From Acanthaster planci (lineage: Eukaryota), in assembly GCF_001949145.1 (NCBI RefSeq), contig NW_019091359.1, forward strand, positions 214,021 to 278,020: a stretch of 64,000 nt of DNA, in the 5' to 3' direction. Below, piece by piece: positions 1 through 15,100 of this stretch. Position numbers and translations under genes: made by a program. Positions within the stretch are counted from its first letter, which is position 1, and the number at the start of each line of letters is the position of its first letter. The notes beneath the pieces were generated by a model, which was given only the letters and a program-made list of their open reading frames with translations, did not search any database and had not been told where the DNA came from.

Positions 1-71
1 ATTAGTTTTCTTTCTTCGCTCCAATTTCTTTTTGAAACTTGCTGAACTGAATTTTGGACGACATTTTCCAG

Positions 72-161
72 AATTCCTAAGATTTACTTTGGCACTCGGA
101 CCCACAAGCAGATTGCTCAGATTGTGAGAGAACTCGGCCGAACAGCCTACAAGGACGTTCC
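72..161 (+). CDS. BRIP1: FANCJ exon ([30 protein letters not shown]; motif Ia)
   Basis: ttccag acceptor and gtaagt donor; near-identical to human [27 protein letters not shown]. Confidence 0.96.
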
Positions 162-3100
162 GTAAGTACTAAATGTTGGAAATTTCTGAGTTTTTGACAA
201 GAAACCCATGTGTCTAAACCTCACAGATCCTTAAAAAAAACCTGCAGGTGTTTTGGGGAAAGATTTAGATAATTGCAGAAACAATTTGCCCGTGGGGAAA
301 CCAAACATGGCATGCTTCTACGCTGCGACAATGGTCTCCCTTTGCAGAAACTCACCATGTGCTTTGGAATGTGCAGTCTCTGCCTGTGTGCTGGATGCCG
401 AGATGACACATTCCCACCAATTTATATCCTCACTGTGCATGAAGAAGTGCTTCAAATGTGGGCATTATAATTACAGTAGGCCTGTAATTTCTTTACGAGA
501 GACTTGATGCCCTTGAAAGTTAAATTTCCAAAAGGTTTTGTAAAGCTTTCTCAGGCTTCCCACGATCATGAAAAAATCCTGGAAAAAGTTATCCTGGAAA
601 GTCTCGGAGAAGTCAAAGAAAATTTGGGAAAAATAAGGATTTTCTGGAATCCTGTTGTCAGCCAAGAAAGCCATGAAAACGTCACGGGTATTAAGATCAA
701 GCAAGAGACCATTTTGATGGGCTGCCGGCTGTAACGGAATAATGATAAATTTGTAGGCTATCTCTGTCAGTCTGTAGGAGCGGCCATGGCAGTCTCCCAG
801 TTCTATTACCAAACAACTTTTCCTCTGCAAAATTGCAAGAAATGTCACGGATAGTGTCATATTTTAGTCCTGGAAAGTCTTGGGGAAAAAGTCGTGGAAT
901 TTGGTTTTTCCGATTCCTGTGGGAACTCTGTTCTTCCCCAGTGGAGGATTTGAAGGTTTCAAGAAGCGCTCAGAGAAAAACCTGCCCAACGAGATTGGGT
1001 CACCCTCGTCTTTCTTTGTCTTTTTCTCCTCTAGTATGTGCATACTAGGAAGCAGGGAGTATACCTGTGTCCACCCAGATGTGTCCAGGAGTTTCAATAA
1101 AAACGACGGCTGTAAAGAATTGCTGGATGGACGAAATGTAAACGTTTTTATTTCCTCTCGCTGCATTGAAATTATGTAGACCCACCACGGTATAATGATT
1201 CGTGGTACTTTTTCTCAAGTCAATATGTGTGACTGAGGCCCTATGAACTCTGTGCAGAAGCTGTAGACATTGTTTGACCTGTCGCAGACCTCCCCGATTT
1301 GGGCAGAAAACTTCCGCTTTTTCACTTTGTGTCTCCCCCTTACGGTTTCACCCCTAAAATTCCCGCCAGTCGCAACTTTGACACGTCTTTGTATTACTGG
1401 AAACTGGCCATGTAATCTTGTGCATGTACCGTAATACAACTTATCCGACCTACCCAAACATCCAGGCAGTGCATGTTGCATGAGCCACGTCCGTGGAAGC
1501 GCCCTCTTTTGACACCCTCTATCGACAAGCTATATTGTAACTAACATTGTGTGTGTTGCAAGTCTCAATTGTCACCTCATTGTCTTAAAGACCAGTTAAA
1601 GAGCTTCACTGTTTCTGTAAAACATTGTAAAGTTGGCATCCTCTTTGCAAGGGCCGATTCAGAATAAAATGTTTGGGGATTTCCAAAAATTTGAAGAAGG
1701 GACTGACAAATTTCTTTTTTTTCTGTGTATTGGAAATGTCTTTTTGGGGGGGCACCGTGGTCCCATTTCCCCCCCCCCCACCCATCTGTCATCTTTCACT
1801 CGTTGAGATTGGAATTTTTATCGCAAACTAACTAGTAAAAGAAGTACTCTGCTGAACCATTTCTCTGTGGGGTTTTGTTTCTCTGCTGTCAGGGTTTGTC
1901 CTGCAGGTACTACAATGGAGCCCACAAAATAAAGACCCAGTGGCAACTCAGGGATCGTGGTCTAACCGAGGCGTGGGATATCGAGGAACTTGTCTCCCTT
2001 GGCAAGAAAATCAAGGTACCTCAGGCTCCACAGCAGTGGGCTAGACTCAAGTCCACTGACCTGCTAGGCAGGAAACATGTTGCNNNNNNNNNNNNNNNNN
2101 NNNNNNNNNNNNNNNNNNNNNNNNNNNNNNNNNNNNNNNNNNNNNNNNNNNNNNNNNNNNNNNNNNNNNNNNNNNNNNNNNNNNNNNNNNNNNNNNNNNN
2201 NNNNNNNNNNNNNNNNNNNNNNNNNNNNNNNNNNNNNNNNNNNNNNNNNNNNNNNNNNNNNNNNNNNNNNNNNNNNNNNNNNNNNNNNNNNNNNNNNNNN
2301 NNNNNNNNNTGTCACAGAGAATTCCAATCTCTTGATGACTTGCTCCACTGACCTGCTAAGCAGGAAACAAGTTACTTGCAAATTAACCAGATAGACCAGA
2401 CTTCATTACATAGGAATCACACGTAGCTGTGGGCCATTGTATACCTTCAAAACCAGAGCTGACAACTTCTCCGTATTGTCACTGACACGGGTTGCTGCAG
2501 TTATTGAAAAATCCCCTTGTTCATGAATTTGTGTTGATCTCGCTGACTGGATAAAGCAGCAGTTTTAAAGCATCATTTCAAATAAACTGTTGCATAGTCA
2601 CGGATGTTGACTTGCGAGGCAAATATATGGGGTGCAGCATATTATGGATTCTTCAAATTACACGGCATGCATGTATGTTAAAATAAAACATTTTTAAAAA
2701 TATGCATCCCAAAATTCGAATATACTTTAGACTTGACTAAAGTCGGGATCTCTGTGATGTCTTCGTTTCTGCTTTGGATATGTATCGAGACCATGCAATG
2801 TTACTCGCTTGGCACCCTCTTGTGTCCACTTATTACTATGAGTTCAGTTCAGAAATCCCGACTTGACGATTCTGCTAACCGTTTGTACACAGCAAATGGG
2901 CTCATCTACCAAAAGTGGTAGCAGCCAATCACATTTCCTGACTTGTTTGTATGTCGTTCATACCTGCATTAGAATGAACAAGTCTGACTACTTTGATTGT
3001 TGGAAATTTGGTACATATTATACAATATCATGTCGTTCATATGAATAACTACATATCACCGAGGGGGGTCCGATTGGCTTATCCATCAAGTCGGACTTAC

Positions 3101-6100
3101 TGACTGGTGACGTACGACACACATTGTACAATAAAGGCTATCAAATGAGGGCGCCTTATAAGGGTTATGCGAATTGCCGGGCCGAACGCAACGACCGTGT
3201 AGTGCGTACAGGCTGACGGGATGGCTGACAAGGGAGCAGCAACGTAAGTCCGACTTGATTCAAGTCCAAATACACGTGGGTAGCAAAGTGTTTGACAGAG
3301 ACCCCAAAGTTGTGTATCATCTATTCATGATTTTGTTGACTTGCAGGCCTGTCCTTATTTTGCGGTGCGATCCCTCAAAGACGAGGCAGACATTGTCTTC
3401 TGTCCATATAACTACCTAGTTGATCCCATGATTAGAATGACGGTAGGTCAACACACCCCGCCCCCTGAAAAAAATGCTTTGCTGCAATACTGTTCACGTT
3501 CTTTATTTGCAAAATCATTCCATGGAAAGTCTAAGTGGACATGAACACTCCGTTATCAAGCAGCGACAACTGTGCACTCTGCGTGTTCCAGTTTGTGGAT
3601 GTGCTGTTGTAGTGTAAGGGTGACTTTCATATGAATATGAACAAACCACAGGATCCTCACTTGAGCGCAGTGTGTAGCGGCAAATGTTAGCTGAAGCTCT
3701 TTCTTTGTTGTGATAATATTATGTGGAGCTCACAGATGCTGTATGCACAGCATTTCTGCAGTGCACAACCCTTTATATCATAAATAAAAGTAATCATTTG
3801 CCACCGAGCAAAGAATTGGTCATTTGCACCATTGCAGGCCTTTTAAAGCTCTGTCAAAGCATTTTTTTTTAATGCATTTGTCTTAAAGACAATTTGTATA
3901 GACGTCAAAAGACACTCTCTCAGAGATGATGTTTGTAGAAAAGTTCTCAGGAAGGTCTGAAGCAGTACCATCAGTGTTTTGCTTATGCATAAACTGACCA
4001 TGTACTTGGTACCTCCCGAATTTTCACTGTGAGTGGCCTGCCCACGTTCCTTACTTCCCAGATGGACATCAACTTGAAGAATCAGATTGTCATCCTGGAC
4101 GAGGCTCATAACATTGAGGATTCGGCTCGGGACGCAGCCAGCTGTAGCGTTACAGCTGACCAGATGGAAGAAACTGTTGCTGAGCTAGATAGCCACAGTA
4201 AGTCGAAGTATGTCCGTCAGATCAAATAAAAAAATGGGTGTGCTTTCTGTTGTTATCTGGACCAACTGAATAAATCACACAGCCACTGCACCATTTTATT
4301 GAAAAAAAAGGTGAACATTTTAAAAACTGAGCCTACGTTTCATGTGTGTTGGCATGTATTTTAATTTGTTGAATTTTTTGGGATTTTTATTTCAGCTGGT
4401 CAGTTCTGGTCGGCTTACTCTTGCGTACCCACAACCATCCCTGAATAAACATAGTATACAAATAGTTGCAAATTTAGTGCTCAAACACACCCCCAAGATA
4501 GAGAATCATCCTAACCCAAAGTTGGGCTAAAAATATTAGAGCTTCCCCAAAACCTTTTCTACCTTTAGACCCATCCACCTTAATATGTTTGCATTATAGT
4601 TGGAAACACAACTAGTGTTTTGGGAGTTTTTCTGTTCCAAATCAAGTTTATTTCAGGACTGTTGTCTGGAAACCATCTCACATTCAAACTAGGACATGGT
4701 TGAACTGTGCCTTCAAGTTTGGTTTTGAAACAAAATGCAGCCTGACACTCTTCCAACATTCTCTGTTTCACTGGTATAAGTTTTGCTTACTCCGAGATCC
4801 ATTTCTCAAAATTGTGTAATGACACACAAACCTTTGTGTGATCATTTTGCATGATGTGAGAGTTAAGGTCCATGCTAAATTGCATTCTGGTACTAAACAC
4901 GCAGATGTCTCATTTTGCCGAGCAAAGAAAAGGTTATGAAAGGAGTATCGTGTAATGGACAATTTCGACATTCATTTTATTTTCAACTAAGAAGTTCCAT
5001 TCTCGGCCAAATTCTGTGCAGAGCCCGAGGGCAAAAGTTAATGGAATGATTGTGGATTTGCCATGAAATTTCATTTTTGGATTTTTTTTCTTTTCTTTAA
5101 GTTAAACATCAGTGGCGGGAATTCCACTGTCGAGTCATGCATACTGTGGTAAGTTTCCCCCACAAATAATGCAACATATCAGAGCATCTCAAATCATGTA
5201 AAAGGTAATTCCAGAAATAATGCATCCATAAGTGTGACATTTTTGTGTCCCTGTTACATCTGACCTTGTTATTTGACATGACGATATCACCTGAATTGAT
5301 TTTAAACAATTACTATTCATTTGGCTGGTAATCTGCATTAATTCATCACTCTTGGGAATTAGAAAATGTGTTCTCAACTTACAAAATCATAAGTCAAATG
5401 TGACAGGGACACGAAAAAATGGACCTCTAATTTCTGGAATGAACCAAATAATGCATTGGAAAATGCAGTGTCAAACATTTACTGGTAGTCACATCTTGTT
5501 GTTTTCATTCTGCAAAAGGACTTCCATGCATTTACTGAATTAAAAAGAGATTGTCTGGGAGGGTGTTGAAAACGTTTGATGTGACGCCAGTCCACTGCTC
5601 TTTTAGGCCCTGTCAGTAAATCAAAACAAAAATGAAAATTTGCAATAAACAATTGAAGCACTGAAATGTCATCTTTGAGACTGAGATGTTGCAGAATTGC
5701 TTTACTGTAAGATTTATCCGTGCAGGGCACACTACATCATTGTGACGCAGGTTCATGTGAAAGATAGCATTTGAGTGACTGAAATAATGTCACGTTTTTC
5801 TTGACATATTTGACTCTACGGCCAAAAAGAAGTAGTGTCCTTAGACATTAAACGATAGACCTTAGGCCAAGTGGTGTTCTGTTCCTACCAATCATAGCTG
5901 TGATTTATTTCCAACATTTATGCGCACAAGTCCAACCTATGGGCAGGCACATAGGACACACATGACCGGAACAAAGGATGGTTCCAGAACCACACTTGGG
6001 GGGGGTTAAGACAGCTCTTCAAGTCGCCCTTTATGACCTTTCTTAAAGGTGAAGCTAAAATTAAGGGCGTGCTTCATGCTTTTGGAAGAAAAGAGAAGTG

Positions 6101-9100
6101 AACTATTTTTAAAAAATTGCCCTTTTCTCGGTATTTTTCAACACAGAAATTGTTTATTCTTGAGGGGCTGGGGGGGAATATGGCCCCAGTTGGACACCCC
6201 TTGATCCATCGATGGCTAAAATATGCATTGTGTTACTTAGATTGGATTGGTCTGTTTTACACACTTTAATATTATTTGTTTGCTCAGAGTGCTGCATTAC
6301 TGGACTGGGTCAAAAGTCATTCCACAAACCTGACACAGCGAGACTTTGAGAGAGCTTTGCATGTATGGTCGGGGGCACAGATAGTCAACGATGTTCTCAC
6401 TGGTCTAGGCATCACCAAGGATACACTGGGGACATTTCAGGTAACCTAACCAAAAAGACAAAAACGGTTTGAATCCTTTGGCAGTTAGGTGCTCAAATTT
6501 GGAGATTGTTAAAAGTTTTGTTCTTGCTTTTTTCACTTTAATCCAGTGTGGAATTGCTCAGTTAAAGAAACAAAGCCATGTTTAAAGAGAGTCGTTCTTG
6601 TAGATGTTTTCTGGGCACTTGGAAAAAAACAATAGAGGGCCATTCTCGTGGAACGTGTGTGACATTTGGAAGCATTTTTGATGCGTATTTCGTTAAATAC
6701 ATTTTTGTTTCTGAGTACTTCTGAATTGTGCAGCACAGTAGTCAGCTGAAGAGGACAACTTGTATCGTGGTTTAATCATTCTTTCCAAATTTATCCAAAA
6801 GTTTCATTCTACAGGAAGTAACATAACTGTTACGTGTGTGACATCAGACGATTGCAAATATGTAACTCACAATTTCATTTTGTAAACTCTGTGAATTGGC
6901 AGAGCTCCAAAGCTGTTTACATCTATAGGTAGGGAGATTACACATAGCCCTAATATATGGCTCAAGTTATCTTGGTTCAATTTTCTCACTTTTAATGCAG
7001 CAAAAAAAAAGGAATTTAACGTGTGTGACCAGAAGCAGTGTTACATTTGGGACAATTGGTTCATTATTTTTTGAGGGTGAATTTTTTTCAGAATTTTTTA
7101 TGCAACCAAAGTTACAAAACAAATTACAGTGTGCTTAGAAACTAAATGTTAATAAATGTTAACTAAATGTTAAATGTTAATGTTAATATCAACACTTGTT
7201 TATTTTAGATGTATGGTGCCTCCACATATATGCAAGTTATGTTTATTGTGTCAAATTACAAATACTGTTCCTGAAATAAAAGGGACCCTAAATTTGGGCC
7301 TGAATATCTGCAAACTTAAATTGCCAAGGTTTTCTGCAACATCAGGTGGAGAGATTTTCCTCAAAACCATCTCTGGTCTGTAGAACAAGAGATCCCTGAT
7401 CTTTGATGCCAATTTCCAGAATCCACCCAAATTTCCCAGTGCATCAATTTCAATATTACCGTAATTTTTGGAATATAAGCCACGGATTATTCGTTGATTC
7501 TCATGCTGAAAAATGTCGCTGCAGCTTATACGCCAGGCAGCTTAAACAAAATAACATCAGTCGCAAAAACTGCAGCTGGGCTATGCCTACCACGTGAAGG
7601 CTGCGCAGTCATGTTTTTGTTGGTTGCCATTTACAACTGATAACTTGAAACTTGGAGAATAAATAAAAATTTGAGATTCTGGATTTTGAGTTATTAACGG
7701 AATTGCCCAAGTCATGGAGTCATGAAACACGTACATGAAATGTGTACGTAATCTTAAACTTGACTTGTCCTATGGCAAGATTCTTCAGTGATTATTTTCC
7801 TGCTTTAGTTTATTCAATATCATGGTGAATTTTTTGCAGACAGATAATTATTTTACTACGATTGTTTTATTGTTGTAACCTAAAGATTTCTTTCTACCAT
7901 TACAATAAAAATCAACCGTTTCAATGGTGCGCCCTCGTGTGGCAGATCTGTCGTCTTTTCGGTGATCGTGTTCAGTGTAAACATGCCACAAAATTTTGGG
8001 GTTTTCTCACTTGGGTTTTCTGCTGACAACTCTTTCTTAGGTCACATAGTTATCGGAAAGAGTCAGCGATTGGAATGTCCATGAATGGGTCTTCGGTAGC
8101 GGTCAGGCAACCCTGAAAACTGGGTTTGCGCGATCCCTGGATGCGTGCAGTGTGTGTGTGCCATGCCACGTTCAGCATGCATGCAACACAGGCGGTTCCA
8201 ATGTGATGACTCAAACGAAGGTCTTGCGGTGGATTTTTCATTTTTGAAGTTTGTTTTGGATTGGCATTACAAAACCATGAGATAACCGGATGTAATGTTG
8301 TGGACAGTTACAGAGATATTTTGTTAAAAATAAAAGCCTATTCTTTTGGCAAGAAATAGTCGACCTACGACATAAAACGATCTTTCGACTTATCGAGTTA
8401 CCGAGATTTTATCATACGTCCCTGGCTGTATACTTTTGCTGGCCGCTGGAAAAAAGGCAAGAGCTGATGCGCGCCCCACGCAGGACCACCTTCCAGCTCA
8501 CAAAAAATATTAAAATTGAGGACTATTACAATCACTTTTTCATCATATTTGTCACTAAGCACCCTTCACCGAGAATGGCTATACCGACTCTTTGGAATCA
8601 AACAGTATTGCTTAAGAATTTTCATCTTGCAGGGAACTGAGTTTCATGAAACACGACGAATGATCCAGTTTGCATCCTTTATCCTTTACTCAAAGCGGGA
8701 CTTGTTTCCAAAGCTGGCGTTTATTTAGAAGGAGAACAAATAACATAAATTTTCCACCTTTTTGGAAATTGTCTTAGACTCTACCTTGGCAAGTGTTCAT
8801 CCTTCCAATTTCCAGATTTCAGTCATTTGCGTGGGTGGGCTTCAGCATTCTGACATAGTTTTTTTTCCCGTACATTCCCCTTTAAAGCATCACCTTGCAG
8901 CTGTTGTGGAAGAAGCCGAACCCATGAAGAAGGAACAAGAGAACGGCGTGACCCTCAGTTCCGGCGCCGCCATGACATTAAAGGGACTCTTCCTGATGTT
9001 TGGATTTCTGTTCAAGGATGAGATGAAGTACACAAAAGACTTCAAGTAAGTGAAAGTAGACGTTTGGGTCCTTCGTACAATGCCTCAGTCAGGTCACATG

Positions 9101-12100
9101 CAGAGTCAGATGACTGGCCAGCATATCACTGGTCCTTATGACCTTTAACCTTTGTCAAATTTAAGTATTTATACCCATTATTTTTGATTATGGTTTCTGG
9201 CAGCAAAATGAAAAGGAGCAACAAAGAAATTGTCAATAAATGTCAAACGTAAAAGACTATATATATAGTGTGAGAAAAATTGATATTTTCTAAAAGTTTT
9301 ATATACTTACACATAAACAAAGGAGTGTTCATATTTTAATGTGTTTTTGTACATATGCCCTGCCTGACATTTTATTGAGGGGACATCTTAGGTTAGGTGG
9401 TTCTTATACGTAGCGGTTCTTTCCTCGCCTTCCACGCTTCTATGTCTGCAGTCCAGGTCCGAATCCTGGCTTGATCCACATGTGGATTAGGTTTCAGTCC
9501 CTACCTGATTCCTTGAGTTTTACCCAGAACATTCCTCTGTGGTTTCCCTCCCACCTCTAAAATTGTAACTGCTTCTCATTGTCTCCTCTCTACAGGATTC
9601 TTCAGGCTTGTAAGCTACAGTGCCTAGGGCACTTTTAAGGAATTCTCGGTGTCATTACCAGAAATAAATAATAATAATTATAGATACATGTCCACAAAAT
9701 AATAGTGGGAATCATTGAAGTTGTGTATCCGTCAGCTTTGGGAAGGCACTAGGGCTTCTTAAATGTAGATGGACAATTTACAGGAAAACTAAAGACCGGA
9801 TTTCTCATTGACAGGGTGGCGATTGTCAGGACCGTCGCCAAAACAAGCCGATTCCAAAAGACGGTGAGTTAAAATACGTAACTGCAATATCACGGTGGCA
9901 TTTCACAACACAGTCGCGTGAGGCTTATGAAAATACACAACCCTACACATTTGACAAATTGCTTTAAACCGTTGGACTGACATCATAGGGTTAAAGTAAT
10001 ATCTGATGTCATTTTGCACAACTTGAGCCAGGACAACTTTACGCATATCGAATTCATTTTCATATTCCATTCTTTTTATCTCAGGATAACCGCTGGATTA
10101 GCAAACGAAGATGTAAGTTGACCCCCCTTCTGCCTCCTTGATGTTGAAAGAGTACTAAAGGACCTCATGTTTGATTTCAACCAAAAGACTGAGTTGTTCT
10201 CATTTTTTGTACTGATGATACTTAGCACTTCACTCATTCATTTTTAAAAATCATCAAAAATGGTGGTTAAACCTTGAAAACTTCACGGGTGTCTGTGCAT
10301 GAATGAAGTTATTTTCTGTCTTGCTTACCAGCTTCAGACCAGTCTTGGACAGTGACTTTGAATTTCTGGTGCCTAAACCCAGCAGTTGTAAGTATATTGT
10401 GCATCTAACTTGGATTCCTTTCTGTAAAGTTACTTAATGAATTTAGATAAGATATAATTTCATTTTAGTTTACATCAGCCCATGGCGAACCAGTAGTCCC
10501 TTTTTTCACACAATATTGTGACAGCAAGCCCTTGTTTAAAGCAATTTATTAACGAACAGCAAAACCAGGTACCGGTGTTTGGTAGATTTCAGGTAGCCCG
10601 ATAGCGTCTGTCATTAGATCCATTTGTGTCTGCTTTGAAACAACTCTCATTCCACTTTTAAATTGACTTCTGTGGTACTTGTATTATAAGAGTGACATGA
10701 CTGGCATTATAATATGCATGATGTTACGTAATGAATATGCAATTCCCTCAGTAAGTCTCTCAGTCATAACATGCATATTCATGATGTACGTGCTTTGCAG
10801 AAGTTAAAAGAGAAGACTGGTAGCGCAAGACAAACCTGGCGAGCTTTCAAGTCTTCACAGTTGAAATAATTTCTTTAAGAAATCCATGAAATCTTTGATA
10901 TTCTTGGGGTGAATGCAAGGTAATACCTGAACAGGCCTTATTCTTATTTCTTCTTTCCTGTGTCTAGGCCTTCAGTGATTTTGGGGAGGAAGTGCGTTCT
11001 ATCATTCTGACATCAGGCACCCTGTCACCGATGTCCTCCTTCCAATCTGAGCTTGGGGTAGCCTTCCCTATCCAGCTTGAAGCTAACCATGTTGTACATA
11101 CGTCACAAGTAAGTTAGACATTGGAATTGAGTTTAGATGAAGTTGTGTCACGATCCTTTATTAAAAAAGATAGTGCTTCAGGGACAGTAGTCGAGTCCAG
11201 TCACAAGTCCTTTTATAAGAGTTTCAACGAGTCCAGTCATGAATAATTTGATGAATTACTGCAAAGGAATACTTTTGTCACAGTTTACTTCAATAACTTG
11301 TGCCACTTGACACAGCCCTTTACGTCACTTTCATGTCAATAAATGTACATGTATATGCATCACAAGAGTCAGCAGTTCTGTTATATTGTCCCATAAATGC
11401 AGAGTGACAAAAGCTGCGTCAAACTGCAAGTTCAGAAAATCTGAAAACGACAGTTTTAGTATGTATGTTTTGGATTTTGCCAGGATGTAGACACTTAGAA
11501 CGAACAGGGTTCATAGAGGACATTAAATTCCTTAAAAATCTTTAGATTTTATCGTGGTCATGAAGTTCCTGGAAAAGTCATGAAATGTTCGTAGAAAGGT
11601 GAATCAAGTCATTGATTTGTCATCTTTTACATCTTCTATTTTATAATTGTGTTGCGTTTTTCAAGACATGTTTAGATATTTTGCATTAAGCGCGCCGATC
11701 TGCGAATCGCAGAGAGTTTTTACTGTTATGTCAAAGCTCCACAGTGTCACGTCAAAGAAGCGTGATCTAATCACAATCGAGCATCTTGCCAGCATAGTAG
11801 AATTGCACATAATGATTATGGAAGTCATTAAAAAGTCTTTGAATTTTGGGGGGTCTTGACACATTGAACCCTGACTGATGTTCATGTAAACATGTTTATT
11901 TGATACCCGCTGTCCAAGGTTTTTAACCCCTTCACAGCGGGATTATTTTGACTGCGACTGCTGGGCTGTGATNNNNNNNNNNNNNNNNNNNNNNNNNNNN
12001 NNNNNNNNNNNNNNNNNNNNNNNNNNNNNNNNNNNNNNNNNNNNNNNNNNNNNNNNNNNNNNNNNNNNNNNNNNNNNNNNNNNNNNNNNNNNNNNNNNNN

Positions 12101-15100
12101 NNNNNNNNNNNNNNNNNNNNNNNNNNNNNNNNNNNNNNNNNNNNNNNNNNNNNNNNNNNNNNNNNNNNNNNNNNNNNNNNNNNNNNNNNNNNNNNNNNNN
12201 NNNNNNNNNNNNNNNNNNNNNNNNNNNNNNNNNNNNNNNNNNNNNNNNNNNNNNNNNNNNNNNNNNNNNNNNNNNNNNNNNNNNNNNNNNNNNNNNNNNN
12301 NNNNNNNNNNNNNNNNNNNNNNNNNNNNNNNNNNNNNNNNNNNNNNNNNNNNNNNNNNNNNNNNNNNNNNNNNNNNNNNNNNNNNNNNNNNNNNNNNNNN
12401 NNNNNNNNNNNNNNNNNNNNNNNNNNNNNNNNNNNNNNNNNNNNNNNNNNNNNNNNNNNNNNNNNNNNNNNNNNNNNNNNNNNNNNNNNNNNNNNNNNNN
12501 NNNNNNNNNNNNNNNNNNNNNNNNNNNNNNNNNNNNNNNNNNNNNNNNNNNNNNNNNNNNNNNNNNNNNNNNNNNNNNNNNNNNNNNNNNNNNNNNNNNN
12601 NNNNNNNNNNNNNNNNNNNNNNNNNNNNNNNNNNNNNNNNNNNNNNATGTGTGGTATGCACTAATACTCACACAGCGATGCGGTAGAAGCAGTCCTCCGT
12701 AGCGAAGGGTTAAAAGATGTGTAAAATTGCACCTGAATTGATTTCCAGGTTTGGGTGGGAACGGTTGCCGTGGGAACCAATGGAGGATCACTGAATGCCA
12801 GCTACAAGAATGCAGAGGTAACAAACTGTGCATCACTGTACTGATAATGTGTTGAGCAGAGGGTTCAACATGAATCTGTGTTGTGGTTTGACGGATGAAC
12901 ACGTAATGATGAATTCTGTCTATCTTCACTGGCTTTATTTACAACTGTCATTTGACATCAAATAAAATAGGACATGAACTGGTTCCATATGAAAGTGAAT
13001 GTGGTCATTCATGGGTTTCTGGTCCCTTTTTTTTCAGAAAAGTCGAGTTTAAGGGCACCACAAGTATTATTTGTCAGCTTTTGGGTTGAAAACTTCAAAA
13101 CCATTTTAATGAAAATAAAGACTTCCTCTTAGAAGACATGAGAGAACAACCAACCAAAGATTTACTAAACCTTCAAAATTTCAAAGTTTCCACTCATGAA
13201 GGAAAAGATTCATAACTTGAATGGTACCTGGAATACTTTAAGAATACTTGTTTAATGCCTCATAGCAATTTTGCCTCTACAAACTTCATAGATGCTATTT
13301 CTCCTTAGAAGAAATAACACTTTAGACAAATTGAAAGTTTTGCTCTGGTCTAGAACCAGTTCCAAAGTACTTACTAGAGTCAAATCTCATTTCTTGAGTG
13401 ATTATACACAAAAGTATTACCAAAAAAAAATTAACATAAGGATGGTGGAATTGTTCACTTGTTGTGCATGAATGTGCTGTGCTTGGAGACGTTTGATTGA
13501 GAACTGAAGGTAGAGGTTGGTATTATTGTTATCATTTATTTCCGTACGATCTTTCAGACGTACAGCTTCCAGGATGAGATTGGTCTGTTGCTCCTTCAAG
13601 TTTGTCAAGTGATTCCTTACGGTGTCTTGTGTTTCCTTCCCTCCTACGGAATGTTGAACAAGCTGTCGCAGAGATGGAAGGTGTGTATCAAAACTTGTCA
13701 TCTTTGTCTAACCATGAGAGAGTCCTGCGACCTGGGCTGAGATCCCATCGGGGTTGGCGTGCCTTCATGTTTTTGTGGAGCGATGTCACAAGCACATTTG
13801 ACATGTAAAATTTTCACCTACTGCTGTTGCAAAATGTCAAATTTGCAATGAGCACTACTGCAGAAATCCCAGTGTTTTCAGGACAGGGGAACAATTGTTG
13901 ATTTACAGTGTGCAGTGAGAAAAAAATTAACTTCCAAAAACTTCATCTGATTAGGCTGAAACTTGACACATTTATTAGGACCAGGGTAGATATGTCGAGA
14001 TTGGTGCAGAGTTTTCATTAATATCTCTCCGTGTGTGGAGAACTGAAGGAGCCAGACTTCCTCATACAGTGGCCTGAGGACTTGTTCCATGGCAATATCG
14101 AACACCTTGAGTTTACAGGAAGATTGCCTTTGTTACATCACTCCAAACTGTTGTCGCCAGTAAGCCGGCATGGGTCCTCCTGTTGCTTGCTGTCTGGGTG
14201 CAACAGACAAACAGGTGTTAAGAGTTTCAGCACTGTTCATTTTGTTCCAATTTAGAACACAGGTCTCTGGGACCAACTTGGACAGGTCAAGGTGGTGATG
14301 TCAGAGGCAAGGGGGGCGGACAAGGTCAACTTTGACGAGCACCTGAGGGAGTTCTATGAGGTCATCAAGGATTGTGAAAAAACCGGTAAACACTTTTTTA
14401 TTGTTCGATCCCCTACAAGAATTTCATGGTACTGCTTTTACCCTAATTCCCAAGGCTGCTTGGAACAATTTTGATTGCTAGTGAATGATTCATTGAGGTT
14501 TGAATAGACGACCAAAAAGTTTGCCAACGTCAGCAGGGAAAACTGTGCTACCTTGAATGCATGTTTTGTGGTGTGGACGTGCTAATGCATATTGTTGCAC
14601 AGAGATTTTTGTTGCTGTGTAAGTACTCTAAGCAAATCTCTAAAGATGTACGTTGTATCAAGCAGAAGTCAGTTTAAAAGTATGGGTTTTGCCCTTGAAC
14701 TCACATATATTTATAACTCTGTGCTCAGTGTTGTCCGAGAGCCTGCGGAAAAATTTCCTATTAAGCCCACTCAGATTGGACTTGAACCCACAATCTTCTG
14801 CCTATACTTGTTAACCACAAAGCCGGTCCAAGTTAGATGTGGATGCGTACACTACAGCAACATGCTATGTCCACACAGTGAAGCGTGCCCGAATAAAGCC
14901 ATACACACGTTGTGTATGGGGCTTTTCCTGTACGGGTTCGTCTTCTTCGTGGCAGATTTGGCAGAATTTGTCTGATTTTGTCTTTGTTTTTGTCAGATTT
15001 TGCCGATTTTGTCATGATTTGTACAGCGCAGGCCATGTAATCAGCTGGTCTAATTATTATTAGGTCTAACACAGCGAATAAACATTCCGTTACAGTTTTA

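Noticed and set aside
2590..2612. ttgcatagtcac resembling the 5' part of miR-153
   Set aside because: Only 12 nt match and there is no complementary hairpin arm.
11882..12929. Long ORFs of 244-328 aa in the track (also 1875-2394)
   Set aside because: These are artefacts of translating through N gaps.
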